The position numbers were made by a program, and so were the translations under genes. The notes under the pieces are model-generated. The model saw nothing but the letters and a program-made list of their open reading frames with translations, did no database searches and was not told the DNA's origin. From Squalus acanthias (lineage: Eukaryota), in the NCBI GenBank assembly GCA_030390025.1, contig CM059438.1, forward strand, positions 52,640,001 through 52,704,000: a DNA stretch of 64,000 bases, in the 5' to 3' direction. The number at the start of each line of letters is the position of its first letter. The first letter of the stretch is position 1. Of this stretch, positions 1-12,425 are shown piece after piece.

Positions 1-2
1 AC

Positions 3-149
3 AGCTGGGATTATTTTATCATAGCCTGTGAAATAATCTTCTGTGTCTTCATCCTTTACTACATTGTGGAAGAGATATTGGAACTCAGAATTCATAAACT
101 GCAATACATCAAATGTATCTGGAATTGCTTGGACCTGGTGGTAATTCTG
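3..149 (+). CDS. PKD2L1: Polycystin-2-like channel, exon partly outside window (S2-S3 region)
   Basis: Frame from nt 3 reads [49 protein letters not shown], then donor gtaagc at 150. Matches recalled PKD2L1 WDFFIVGCEVIFCVFIFYYVVEEILELHIH..LDLVVIL. Confidence 0.92.
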
Positions 150-967
150 GTAAGCTCCTATTTTTCACAGCATTTTCACCTATGCTTTTTACACTTCCCC
201 ATGTATCCACCTTCTATTAGGAGAATATTGTGTGTAATTGTCCTCATTGATACCCCATGAGGTGCTTGACAGGAGGTGTGCTTGGAATTAGAACAAGGCA
301 GGTCTTGGCACTGCTCCTCCCTAAAATGAAACACCCACACCATGTGCCATGTCTCGCTGGGTGTCCGACTCAGAATAGACACAGTTTGCCCCAAAAATTC
401 AAACAAGTTTGAGTGACATAATGGCCTGAATTTTGCTGTAATATTAATGGTGAGGCTCGCCATTATTAGAGGGTAAATCTGACAGCAACTTCTGGCACCC
501 GCACATGTGCAGTTAAACGTGGAAATCCAGAAGTTGCAGTTAGAGATATCCTGCTCCTCCACCGGGTCCGCTGTTGCAGTCCTCGCCGATAGACTCAGCA
601 CTGAAATCACTGTAATGGCATGCACTTGCCCACTAGTTCCACACTAAAGACGGCTGAAAAAGTTAGGGCTATTGCATTCATGAATAAATGAGTTTTTAAC
701 AGCATAATAAGTAATAATTATTGCTGAATAATCTCTCTGGCCCTGAAAAAATAATTTTACAAGTGTGGAGTCTCATTCCCTCAGAAGATAACTAATGTTG
801 GAGATTTTAAAACAAATTAAAATAATTTTTAGTTTAGTTTTTCTGTCTGTTTCTTTTATCTCTCTCCCTTAATCCCATCTGTATTTCCCAATCGTTATTT
901 CGCTTTCTGTACATGATTTAAATCTAATTTATATTTCCTGATTTATACTTCCTGGTTTGGACTTGTG

Positions 968-3900
968 GGGCTCGATTTTAATAGCCCTGAGGACTGGATT
1001 GGAGGCGGGTCTGTTGGGAAAATCGGGGAAAATGGCTTCAGACACCCAACCTGCCTCCATCCCGCCCCCACCTGATTTTCCTGAGTGTCTGTTTAGCCAC
1101 TCCCAAACTGACCCGTCTCCAACCGGTGGGACAGGTTGCTAATCCTATTTTCATAGTGGTTTCTCATTTTCATGCTTCTGGCTCCTGTTTCCCGACTAGT
1201 CAGAAACAGGCCAGGTTCAAGGAGACAAGTTGCTGGAGGACATGATTTGTATGCATTGGTGGAGCGCTTTAAAAGCACCCATGAAACAAGGCTGACATTC
1301 AAATGCAACAACTTTGTTGTTGTAGGTATGGGATAACATTTTTCACATCTACTGACCTTCTGACTGTTCAAGCTGACACCCATCTGCAGTGTGTCATGAA
1401 TGGAAATTTCAGGCCACTTCGACTGTGCGCTTGCAAGATTGTTACCTCAACTGAAATCTATAGCAAGGGGATGGGAAACATTTATGCCCTCTCATCCTGG
1501 TCCTCATAATCGGGGGATTAGCAGCTGTGTGGCTCACCACAGATCTTCCTGGGAAGAGGAGTAGGAGGAGGACGAGGGGATCCTTGCATGCCCTGTTGTG
1601 ACCAATGCAGCATCCCTCCAGTTCACTGCTGCCCATCAACCAGGGTATGCACACTGCCATGCCACACTACCATAAGCTTACTCTTCGACCATAGGTGGCC
1701 ACCATATGGCTCTGTAATTGCAGGTGACACTTGTCCAATGTCATACTTCATCTCTGCTATACCCGATTATTTCGTATCACTTTTACCATCAGCATTACAA
1801 ATGCAAGTTGCCCTGAGCCCTCAATGCGCTTTTGCTATTTCCCAGAACACTTAGGCCACACAATCAACTGTTTGACATAATTTATCTTTAACACATGACA
1901 AAATATACCAGCAAGAGTCAGAACAAAAAGAAACATCACCCAAATGAGTCTCCTTGTGACTATAGGTGCTTAATCTTTCTCTTACGCGTGCTTTTACGTG
2001 GTGCATCCCCTGTGGCTTCAGCAGATGTAGAGGCACCTTGCTGACTAGGATGCTGCGCCTGCTTAGATGCCTTTGGCGGGCGTCCTCTGGGTTTGGGAGC
2101 CTGGGAGGGCTCTTCAACAGTCTGCTCTTCCTGCGGCTGTGCAGGGGCTGAAACGGCCATCTCAGTTGTCTCTGCAAAGTGGGTCTCTGACCGAGGGCTC
2201 CGCAGTGGCAAGGTCGTAAGAGCGCTTTGAGAGGAGCCCACACTTCCTTCTGTCCTGCCAACAACATCCCTCTCATGGGTCAGCCGCACCTCAGTACTGG
2301 CAAGTGGCAGGAGAGCACCTTGCTGCACTTCAGGGGGACCATGAGGACCTGTATCTGCACTGGCAGTCCTCCTCAAAAGGACATCCATGAAGCTCTGGTC
2401 TCTCTGCTCAATAGCTGCCCATTGCTCCTCCAGAAATGTAATTCTATTCTGAACAGTCACCATGTTTTCCTGACTCTGGCGAGTTATTTCCTCCATGGCC
2501 ATAGCCATCCTTTCCGCGAGGTAGCCATCCTTTCAACGGAGACTGTCATCCTATCCATGGTGGTGCGTTCATGCGCCATTGCCTCCACCATGGCAGTGCT
2601 GATGTTAGAGATGGACTCCTCCATTCTCTCCATACTCGCCCTAACCCTGGAGGCAAACCCTTCCAGAGACACCTGCACCTTGTTCCTGTATTTCACGAAC
2701 CACTCTTTTTCTGGATGGCCCCAGAGGCACAGCGTCTGCATGCAGCTCAGCAGAGCTAGTAGAGTCCTGCGACCTCCACAGAGGACTCGCCACTGCTGTT
2801 GCTGTTCCACCATCTGCTGATGCTCACTTGTGCGCTGTGATAGACCAGGTGGCAACACTACTCTAACTCGCAATGGCCCCACCGAGGTGTGCGTTGCTGC
2901 GCTGGTGCTGGGTGCGCTGAGTCCTGGTGATGCTGGTCCCTCAGAGGCTTCAGGTTCCTCTGAGGAGATGTCCGGCTCTTCGTCGTGGGGAGGGGGGCGC
3001 TCGATGGTCCTGTGGGAGAGTAAAGGCTTGAATTAGATATCTGATATTGATGCAGCAGACACATCCTTTTGAGCAGATGATACAAAGCGATTCTCTATGA
3101 ACATCATATTCCATTGCTTTCTGAGAGGGATGAAACTCTATTGTGTCACCAGCTTCCTCTACTGTGCCCATCTCTCCATCGCCCACTTCCAGGTCCTCGC
3201 CAACTCCAACAATCTCGTTTTCTGCCTCCTCAGCACTGGTCAATGTTGCAAGGGTAGGTGTTCCTCCTCCAGTCATTGTTCTCTCCCTCTTATTGTGAGC
3301 TATCTTTTCCTGCAAGGAGAGACACAAGTGGTGTTTCAGCCACAGTGATGGAGTGAGTGTGATTAATCCCTACCATAGAAGCTTTGAGTGAGACGAAGAT
3401 GGGCTCCCTGTGCGTTGTTAGTTGTTATCACTACATGACAGTGAGAGCGAGTCTAAGGGGTGCATAGGCAGGATGCTGAAGTGATTCAGTGCAGAGACAG
3501 AGATGGATAGGAAAGGGTGCAAGGGACGTAAGAGTAAGGTGGGATGTGAAGGAGGAGGCTTACAATGCAGAGTGCTGGTGATGAGAAGAGAAGGGAAGCA
3601 GAGTGAAGGCAAGTGAGATGGGATATTCACTTTTGATGTTCTCACAAGATCATTAAACCTTTTGCGACACTGGATCCATGACTGTGCATAAATGGACCTT
3701 GCGCTCACCTCCTGAGCAATGCACAGCCAGGCTGCTGAGGAGATTTCCTCCAGCCATCAGGAGGGAAGAGAATCTCCCTGCACCCTCTGACAGCATCCAC
3801 AAGAACTTGGAGGGACTCATCATTAAAACGAGGAGCTGCCTTGCCTCGGGAAGAAGTCATAGCTTTGAAAAGAAGTGCAGGAAACCACAATGGAAAGGCT

Positions 3901-4122
3901 CAGGCTGGATGGCAGCTTCAAAAGCAGCTGCTATTATGACATCATCAGAGGCGGCCAGCCGACCCGATCCCACTCATTGGACCGGCCAGCGCGCCTCCAT
4001 GAAATTAACAAGGTAGTTTAATAAAAATCGCAACATTGCAGCTGTTCCCGCCGGAAGCGGCTCCCAAACCCGCCCACCACGCAACCCGACTCCAGCCCGC
4101 CTCGGGAATTAAAATTGAGCCC
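968..4122 (-). mobile_element. Harbinger deletion derivative retaining a decayed Myb/SANT gene but lacking the transposase core
   Basis: TIRs gggctcgattttaat / attaaaattgagccc. Minus-strand Myb fragments APRFNDESLQVLVDAV, SWIQCRKRFNDLVR|gt and EKIAHNKRERTMTGGG, plus a coiled-coil exon, with frameshifts. Confidence 0.8.
1960..3860 (-). pseudogene. Harbinger Myb/SANT-like accessory gene, frameshifted, 3 exons
   Basis: Pieces in ORFs 3705-3890, 3418-3708, 2950-3327, 2484-2882 and 1960-2508 parallel the intact gene at 49123-50942. Confidence 0.75.
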
Positions 4123-4584
4123 TGCGTGTCTCAGTGAGGATACTTCATTCTGATTAGTTGAAGAGCCTCGCTGTTGCTTTTCCTGTTCACAGATGCCACA
4201 GTTCCCCTGTAGAGGGCACCATGTGGGAAAAAACGCTGAATTAGTGGAAATCTCCACTGACAAGCCCACGAAAAGTTTGTGGGCAGTTGTCAGTAAGGTG
4301 TACGGCAAAAGTCGTTCCTTCGCCACTGAGCAAAATCCAGGCCAATGTTCTTGGGACTCAAGCTTATGACCTACTGATTGAGAATCAAGCAGCCAACTGC
4401 TTGAGGTAATCTTTTGATTATTAAAGGGTAGATTTTCTGATTGCATATTCCTGATGTGGAGCCTCATATCTGAGCACCATTTATCGACACTTGCTCCCAG
4501 GGGGCAAGCACCGTGTTGGGAGCATACAATCGGGAAATTTATCTTTGAGTTACAATTCATTATCTTAGAATGTAGAATTATGCA

Positions 4585-4835
4585 ATTTACAGATATAACT
4601 GATATATCAATCAATAAATATAACTGAGAAGTCATTTATAAATATAACAGACATATCAATTTATAGATGCATTAAGTTACAGATATAACCAAGATATTAA
4701 TTTGCAGATATAACAGCCATATCAACATGTACAATCAATATGTGTATATATATATATATATATAAAGCAGATTTATCAATTTACAATACAACAGGTATAT
4801 TTACAGATGTAGCAGGTGTATTAATTGACAGATAT
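4585..4835. repeat. Degenerate AT-rich minisatellite (~23-bp unit) with embedded (TA)n
   Basis: Recurrent tttacagatataac..atatcaa units; TA run near 4745-4763. Confidence 0.6.
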
Positions 4836-4990
4836 ATCAGTCGAAGTAAAGGTCCTGCTTGTCACTGTAACATGGACAGACTAGGTTACAGGTCTATAAC
4901 AATAACAAATATTATTTTCTATTAAAGTTTGGTTTCTAGACTTTTTAATTGTAGTGAACACAAAGCCCATTTTCTGGTTTTCTGTTGCAG

Positions 4991-5161
4991 CTCTCCCTGC
5001 TTTCTATAGGTTTCCATATTTTCCGCACTATTAAGGTGAACATACTGATGGGAGCACTGCTGACGGATCCTGAATCCTACGCTGACTTCGAGTTTTTGGC
5101 TTTTTGGCAGACCCAATACAATAATATGAATGCTGTCAACTTGTTTTTTGCTTGGATCAAG
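4991..5161 (+). CDS. PKD2L1: Polycystin-2-like channel exon (171 nt, S3-S4)
   Basis: Acceptor tgttgcag, donor gtaaat, phase 0/0. Reads [57 protein letters not shown]; the last ~28 aa match recalled PKD2L1. Confidence 0.95.
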
Positions 5162-5199
5162 GTAAATAAGTTTTAGTCATAATTAATAGGAAAAAAACC

Positions 5200-5600
5200 T
5201 CTCCTTTACATAGCACCTTTCATTTTCTCTGGATGTCCTAAAGTGCTTTACATTCAATGGATTTCTTTTGAAGTCTAGTCATTCATATAGATAAATGCAG
5301 TAACTGATTTACACACAGCAAATTTGACAAACAGGAAATGAATGACCAGATAGTTAATTTTTGGTGGAGAGAGGAGTGTCGAATATAGGAGAACTCCTTG
5401 CTTGTCTTCAAATAGTACCTTGAGTATCATAGATAGCATTTTAGCAGGGAGATAAGACCTTGATTTAACATCTCATCTGAAAGACAGCACCTTCAGCAAA
5501 ACAGCACTCTGTCAGTAGTGTCAGCCTGGATTACATGCTCAAGTCCTAGAATGGTGCTTGTACCCACAACCTTCTGACTTAGACGCTTAATAATACCAAA
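5200..5600 (-). mobile_element. Degenerate tRNA-headed SINE
   Basis: Similar to 13175-13590 (gacagcacct, gtgtcagc..ggatta..tgctcaa, ttctgact blocks). Boundaries approximate. Confidence 0.55.
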
Positions 5601-5607
5601 CATGCAG

Positions 5608-6435
5608 CTACAACAACAACAACAACTTGTATTTCTATAGCCCCTTTTATGCAGTAAAATGTCCCAAGGCGCTTCACAGGAGTGTCATAAAACAAAATTT
5701 GATACCAAAGCACATAAGGAGAAATTAGGGCAGATGACCAAAAGCTTGTTCAAAGAGGTAGGTTTTAAGGAGCATCTTAAAGGAGGAAAGAGCGGTAGAG
5801 AGGCGGAGAGGTTTAGGGAGGGAATTCCAGAGCTTAGAGCCTAGGCAGCTGAAGGCACGGTCACCAATGGTTGAGCGATTATAATCAGGGATGCTCAAGA
5901 GGCCAGAATTAGAGGAGCGCAGATATCTCGTGGGGTTGTGGGGCTGAGGAGATTACAGAGATAGGGAGGGGCGAGGCCACGGAGAGATTTGAAAACAAGG
6001 ATGAGAACTTTTAAATCAAGGCGTTGCTTAACCGGGAGCCAATGTAGGTCAGCGAGCACAGGGGTGATGGGTGAACAGGACTTGGTGCGAGTTAGGACAC
6101 GGGCAGCAAAGTCTTGGATGACCTCAAGTTTATGTAGGGTAGAATGTGGGAGGCCAGCCAGGAGTGCGTTGGAATAGTCAAGTCTAGAGGTAACAAAGGC
6201 ATGGATGAGGGTTTCAGAAGCAGATGAGCTGAGGCAGGGGCGGAGATGGACGATGTTACGGAGGTGGAAATAGGCGGTCTTAGTTATGGTGCGGATATGT
6301 GGTCGGAAGCTCATTTCAGAGTAAAATATGACACTAAGGTTGCGAACAGTCTGGTTCGGCCTCAGACAGATGCTAAGGATCGAGTTGGTATCTAGGCAAT
6401 GGAGTTTGTGGCGGGGACCGAAGACAATGGCTTAA
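5608..6435 (-). mobile_element. L2-clade LINE 3' fragment
   Basis: ORF 5895-6314 TAYFHLRNI..LIHAFVTSRLDYSNALLAGLP..LHWLPV is a typical L2 ORF2 C-terminus; (CAA)n tail at ~5610-5627. Confidence 0.85.
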
Positions 6436-6984
6436 CAAAGAAAGTGTTTGTTTGGTTCAGTTGGTAGCAATCTTGACTCTGAGTTAGATGGTTATGGGTT
6501 CAAGCCCCACTGTGGATTTGAGCATAGATTGTAAAATTGGTGCTGTAATGCAGTCTGGTCTCTGATCTGTGCTGTCTCTGAGAATTGGATTGATGAATTT
6601 ACCCCATATTGAAATTGATAAAGTGGTTTTTCTGCAGGTCTGCAAAGTAATGTTTTGCTCCAGCACAAGTCCTGTTCTCATTGTTAACTGTCTGTGAAAT
6701 GTCAGTTGAGAAGAAATCTAGTTAAATTCAGAAGCCTTACACTGGTCACATTTATTCTGTTTCTCTCCATATAGAAGCTGATGCTATATCTGTGTGGGTT
6801 GTTGCTAGAAGTGCTGTAGAGACCTCAGCAGCAAGTCACATTCAGTCACAGCTTTCTCACCATGGTCGGAGCAACCAGCATCAACATCAATTAAATACTT
6901 GAGAAACAAGAAGAGTTGATAGCCTGGGAGCACAGAGACCATCATTGGAGATAACATGCCTCTGCCATGGCTAGTCAGTTATTT

Positions 6985-9890
6985 TGGGCTCTCAGGGAGC
7001 TGTGTCTGAGAATGGTCAGGCTAACTAAGTAGGCTATCCATGACATATGCCACTTATTAAAATAGGACCTGCAGACAAACACAACCATTTGGATTGCTGT
7101 TGCAATGGCAGTTAAAGTAACTACAGCACTAAATTTCTAAGTAGCAGGGTCCTTCTAGTGCCCTCCAGGGAAATGTATGATCTGGCCTGAGCCAATCTAC
7201 AGTGCACCATTTTTTTTTTTTTTTATTCGCTTATGGGATCAGGGCGTCGCTGGCAAGGCCAGCATTTATTGCCCGTCCCTAGTTCCCCTTGAGAAGGTGG
7301 TGGTGAGCCGCCTTCTTGAACCGCTGCAGTCCGTGTGGTGAAGGTACTCCCACAGTGCTGTTAGGGAGGGAGTTCCAGGATTTTGACCCAGCGACGATGA
7401 AGGATCGGCGATATACTTCTAAGTCAGAATGGTGTGTGACTTGGAGGGGAACTTGGAGGTGGTGGTGTTCCCATGCGCCTGCTGCCCTTGTCCTTCTAGG
7501 TGGAAGAGGTCGAGGGTTTGGGAGGTGCTGCCGAAGAAGCCTTGGCGAGTTGCTGCAGTGCTTCTTGTAGATGGTACACACTGCAGCCACGGTATGCCGT
7601 TGGTGGAGGGAGTGAATGTTTAAGGTGGTGGATGAGGTGCCAGTCAAGCGGGCTGACTTGTCCTGGATGGTGTCAAGCTTGTTGAATGTTGTTGGAGCTG
7701 CAGTCATCCAGGCAAGTGGAGAGTATTCCATCGCACTCCTTACTTGTGCCTTGTAGATGGTGGAAAGGCTTTGGGGAGTCAGGCGATGAGACACTCGCCG
7801 CAGAATACCTAGCCTCTGACCTGCTCTTGTTGCCACAGTATTTATGTGGCTGGTCCAGTTAAGTTTCTGGTCAATGGTGACCCCCAGGATGTTGATGGTG
7901 GGGGATTCAGCGATAGTAATGCCATTGAATGTCAAGGGGAGGTAGTTAGATTCTCGCTTGTTGGAGATAGTCATTGCCTGGCACTTGTGTGGCGCAAATG
8001 TTACCTGCCACTTATCGGCCCAAGCCTGAACATCGTCCAGGTCTTGTTGCATGCGGGCATGGACTGCTTCATTATCTGAGGAGTTGTGAATGGCACTGAA
8101 CACTGTGCAGTCATCAGCGAACATCCCCATTTCTGACCTTATGTTGGAGGGAAGGTCATTGATGAAGCAGCTGAAGATGGTTGGGCCTAGGACACTGCCC
8201 TGAAGAACACCTGCAGCGATGTCCTGGGGCTGTGATGATTGACCTTCAATCACCACAACCATCTTCCTTTGTGCTAGGTATGACTCCAGCCAGTGGAGCG
8301 TTTTCCCCCTGATTCCCATTGACTTCAGTTTAACTGGGGCTCCTTGATGCCACACTCGGTCAAATGCTGCCTTGATGTCAAGGGAAGTCACTCTCACCTC
8401 ACCTCTGGAATTCAGCTCCTTTGTCCATGTTTGGACCAAGGCTGTAAAGAGGTCGGGAGCCGAGTGATCTTGGCGGAATCCAAACTGGGCATCAGTGAGC
8501 AGGTTATTGGTGAGTAAGTGCTGCTTGATAGCACTGTCGATGACACCTTCCATCACTTTGCTGATGATTGAGAGTAGACTGATGGGGCGGTAATTGGTCG
8601 GGTTGGATTTGTCCTGCTTTTTGTGGACAGGACATACCTGGGCAGTTTTCCACATTGTCGGATAGATGGCAGTGTTGTAGCTGTGCTGGAACAGCTTGGC
8701 TAGAGGCGTGGCTAGTTCTGGAGCACAGGTCTTCAGCACGATAGCCGGGATGTTGTTGGGACCCATAGCCTTTGCTGTATCCAGTGCGCTCAGCCGTTTC
8801 TTGATATCACATGGAGTGAATCGAATTGACTGAAGACTGGCTTCTTTGATGGTGGGGACCTCGGGAGTAGGCCGATATGAATCATCTACTCGGCACTTCT
8901 GGCTGAAGATGGTTGCAAACGCTTCAGCCCTGTCTTTTGCACTCACGTGCTGGGCTCCACCATCATTGAGGATGGGGATATTCATGGAGCCTCCTCCTCC
9001 TGTTAGTTGTTTTATGGTCCACCACCATTCACGACTGGATGTGGCAGGACTGCAGAGCTTTGATCTGATCCATTGATTGTGAGATCGCTTAGCCCTGTCT
9101 ATAGCATGCTGCTTCTGCTTTTTAGCATGCATGTAGTCCTGTGTTGCAGCTTCCCCAGGTTGGCACCTCATTTTTAGGTACGCCTGGTGCTGCTCCCTGC
9201 ATGCTCTTCTACACTCCTTATTGAACCAGGGTTGGTCTCCTGGCTTGGTGGTAATGGTAGCGTGAGGGATATGCTGGGCCATGAGGTTACAGATTGTGGT
9301 GGAATACAATTCTGCTGCTGCTGATGGCCCACAGCGCTTCATAGATGCCCAGTTTTGAGCTGCTAGATCTGTTCTGAATCTATCCCATTTAGCATGGTGG
9401 TAGTGACAGACAACACGATGGAGGGTGTCCTCTGTGTGAAGACAGGACTTCGTCTCCACAATGACTGTGCGGTGGTCACTGCTACCAATGCTGTCATAGA
9501 CAGATGCATCTGCGACAGGTAGATTGGTGAGGATGAGGTCAAGTAGGTTTTTCCCTCGTGTTGGTTCTCTCATTACCTGTCGCAGGCCCAGACTGGCAGT
9601 TATGTCCTTCAGGACTCGGCCAGCTCGGTCAGTAGTGGTGCTACCGAGACACTCTTGGTGATGGACATTGAAGTCCCCCACCCAGAGTACATTCTGTGCT
9701 CTTGCTACTCTCAGTGCTTCTTCCAAGTGGTGTTCAATATGGAGGAGTACTGATTCATCAAGGATGCCATAAATACCTTTCTGTCACTCATAGGTACTTA
9801 GTTCCATTTCCCTTTACAGCAGCAGGAGGAAAAGCAAAGGCAGTTTTTTTTCTCAATGTTGGCTTTCCCGTGGTGCAATGTGTGATTCTC
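6985..9890 (+). pseudogene. Old Harbinger transposase remnant interrupted by a LINE (pieces ~6985-7209 and ~9756-9890)
   Basis: Manual translation ELCLRMVRLTK*AIHDICHLLK*DLQ..AVKVTTALNF*VAGSF, resuming after the LINE as ..FPFT..GFPVVQCVI; collinear with the transposase at 47650. Confidence 0.7.
7210..9760 (-). mobile_element. 5'-truncated LINE (CR1/L2 group) with an uninterrupted 815-aa ORF2 portion
   Basis: ORF 7279-9726: APE endonuclease end (GDFN, LDLILTN, SDH), RT motifs (NYRPISLL, QFGFR, LDIKAAFD, QGSVLGP, FADD); poly(A) tail seen as T run 7210-7224. Confidence 0.92.
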
Positions 9891-10945
9891 TCCCTGTAGC
9901 CCTCTGCAGGTCCATGGACCATGATATTGCACTTATAAACAGAATGTTGAAATGGTATGTGGTGCTCATGTGAGAATCATGGATATGAAATCTAAATAGC
10001 TCAGAGTTCATATGACTCATTAATCTAAGATGGCCATGTCTGCCAGCTCTTCAAGGGACAATTAAGATTGCATGAGTGGCTCTTGGTACATCTGGCTCTC
10101 AGCTGCTGCAATACTAGGCACTTACCCCTGGTGGTTGATCATTTCAGTGGAGTCCACCAGAGGACCCCATCAGTGGAAGGAGCATTGCAATGTTTGGTGT
10201 AAGAAGTGATGGGACTGTTTGGTTCGTTGCTGTTTGTGAAATATTCTCCTTTCCAAAGCAGGCCCCATAAGATCTGCAAACCTCTGCTCTGCCTGTCACC
10301 ATGCAGTGTGTCATACTGAGATATCTGGCCATTCCACAAACTACATCACGTTGCCCTCATCACCCATGCATGGTGCATCACCCAATGATCCCATCTCAGT
10401 ATCACTACCTAAAGCTTACTACCCTTTATAGCTTTCTCATAGGGAATTAATAGGCACTGTTGCCCAACACCACCACCAACGTATTGAATTTCCTTTCTAT
10501 TAAAAGGGAGCTTCTCTTGTAAAGAAAGGACAGCCAGTGTTTATCAAGTATGCACTGTGCTACAGTCATATGTGGCTTCACGCTTTTGGCTATGGCAGTA
10601 TGACTGTTGCGGTTCACTTCTCCTAAACTCACCATCGTCATTAGCACAAAGATCCTGTCTAGTTTCCTCTGCTAAATGGTTGCTTTGCATTTTGAAACTC
10701 ATGTGTCTTGGCACCCTTACAAGGATAGGTTACAGGTGACACATCTCATTAGGCCTCAGAGGAAACACTCTTTATATGCTAAATGGTTACTTGTGATGAC
10801 AATATTAGTGTGACCTGAAGAAGGCTCATTAACAGTTTCCTGTGCTGGAGGTTTGCTTGTCTTTAGCAAATCATTCATGATCCCTAACAGCTGACGTAGC
10901 CAATAAATGGCACTTTTGGTAGCTCTTGCTCCTTTACAGCAATGC

Positions 10946-11649
10946 CTGAGGAAGAGAGTGTTTGAAGACCAGGACCTCAAACCCAGCACCAAGCTCATGG
11001 TCTACAGAGCAGTAGTGATACCCGCCCTGCTGTATGCTTCAGAGACATGGACCATGTACAGCAGGCACCTCAAAGCACTGGAGAGGTACCACCAATGCTG
11101 TCTCTGCAAGATCCTGCAAATCCATTGGCAGGATAGGCACACCAACGTCAGTGTTCTCGCTCAGGCCAACAGCCCCAGCATCGAAGCTTTGACCACGCTC
11201 GATCAGCTCCGATGGACGGGCCACATCGTCTGCATGCCCGATACGAGACTCCCAAAACAAGCGCTCTACTCGGAGCTCCAACACGGCAAGAGAGCCCCAG
11301 GTGGGCAGAGGAAACGCTTCAAGGACACCCTCAAAGCCTCCTTGAAAAAGTGCAACATCCCCACCGACACCTGGGAATCCCTGGCCCAAGACCGCACAAA
11401 GTGGAGGAGAAGCATCCGGGAAGGGGCCGAACACCTCAAGTCTCTTCATCGGGAGCAAGCGGAAGCCAAGCGGAAGGAGCGCACGTCAACCCAAGCACCC
11501 CACCCACCCGCCCCTTCAACCACCGTCTGCCCCACCTGTGACAGAGACTGCAGGTCCTGCATTGGACTCATCAGTCACCTGAGAACTCATTTTTAGTGTG
11601 GAAGCAAGTAATCCTCAGTTCCGAAGGACTGCCTAAGAAGAAGAAGACG
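10946..11649 (+). mobile_element. RTE-clade LINE 3' fragment
   Basis: ORF TKLMVYRAVVIPALLYASETWT..QLRWTGHI..RLPKQALYSEL..GGQRKRFKDTLK with C-terminal C2H2 (CPTC..H..H); (AAG)n tail; 10-bp TSD ACAGCAATGC at 10936-10945 and 11650-11659. Confidence 0.9.
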
Positions 11650-12243
11650 ACAGCAATGCTAATGGTATCCCTGAACATTCCATTCACAGTGTTAGTCAGA
11701 GCCTCCCCAACTTGCCATTTTTGCTGCAACATTTTAATCTAGCTGACTGCTGTGAATATTGTTAATTTTGTTCTCCATTACTAAGACTCCCAATGGGGAA
11801 CTGGATTTTACCTGCCATTGCTGCATGATACTGCTCACTCCTAATCCATTTCTGTCATTAAATACATTAAAGTGCTTTAGTCTGGGTACAGAAAGAAGTT
11901 AGGAATAGATTTGGCAGATTTTTCACATTTCTCGGCCTATATTTGTTGTGTTGAACATTTTTGAGTTCAAAGCTCACAAGGAAACAAAGTAAGCTGATTA
12001 AAGCTCAACCTACAATTAGATTGTCTTGCCTCTATGTTGGTCTTTTTATTCAATAATATTTCTTGGGATATTCTCCTCGCTGCTATAGTCCAAGTTTTAG
12101 TTCTTTCAGCAATGTGCATTCACTGATCTAAAATATTTACAGAGTTTAGAACTGGATGGCCCTTGCAATTGTCTCATAACGACTTCACGTATGCATCTTT
12201 TCACAATGATTACTCTTTTAATATTTCTCTCTTTTTTACTCAG

Positions 12244-12425
12244 ATCTTCAAGTATATTAGTTTTAATAAGACGATGACCCAGCTATCCTCAACCCTGGCA
12301 CGATGTGCTAAAGACATTCTTGGTTTTGCAATTATGTTCTTCATTGTTTTCTTCGCTTATGCTCAGCTGGGATATCTTCTGTTTGGAACCCAAGTGGCAA
12401 ACTTCAGCACTTTCCTCAAATGCAT
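12244..12425 (+). CDS. PKD2L1: Polycystin-2-like channel exon (182 nt, S4-S5 linker and S5)
   Basis: Pyrimidine tract + cag, donor gtgagt. Reads [60 protein letters not shown] + AT (phase 2). Confidence 0.96.

Larger units (their letters stand above)
423..4343. mobile_element. Non-autonomous Harbinger-type MITE (~770 bp net) split by a nested element
   Basis: TIRs ggcctgaattttgct / agcaaaatccaggcc (14/15 match), 3-bp TSD AAT on both sides, internal inverted repeat gcaacttctgg...ccagaagttgc. Confidence 0.8.

Noticed and set aside
4018..4635. 205-aa minus-strand ORF
   Set aside because: Runs across an AT-rich repeat, a MITE end and a TIR; no homology signal.
6450..6520. tRNA-like sequence with A and B boxes
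   Set aside because: No convincing cloverleaf; better explained as a SINE head than a tRNA gene.
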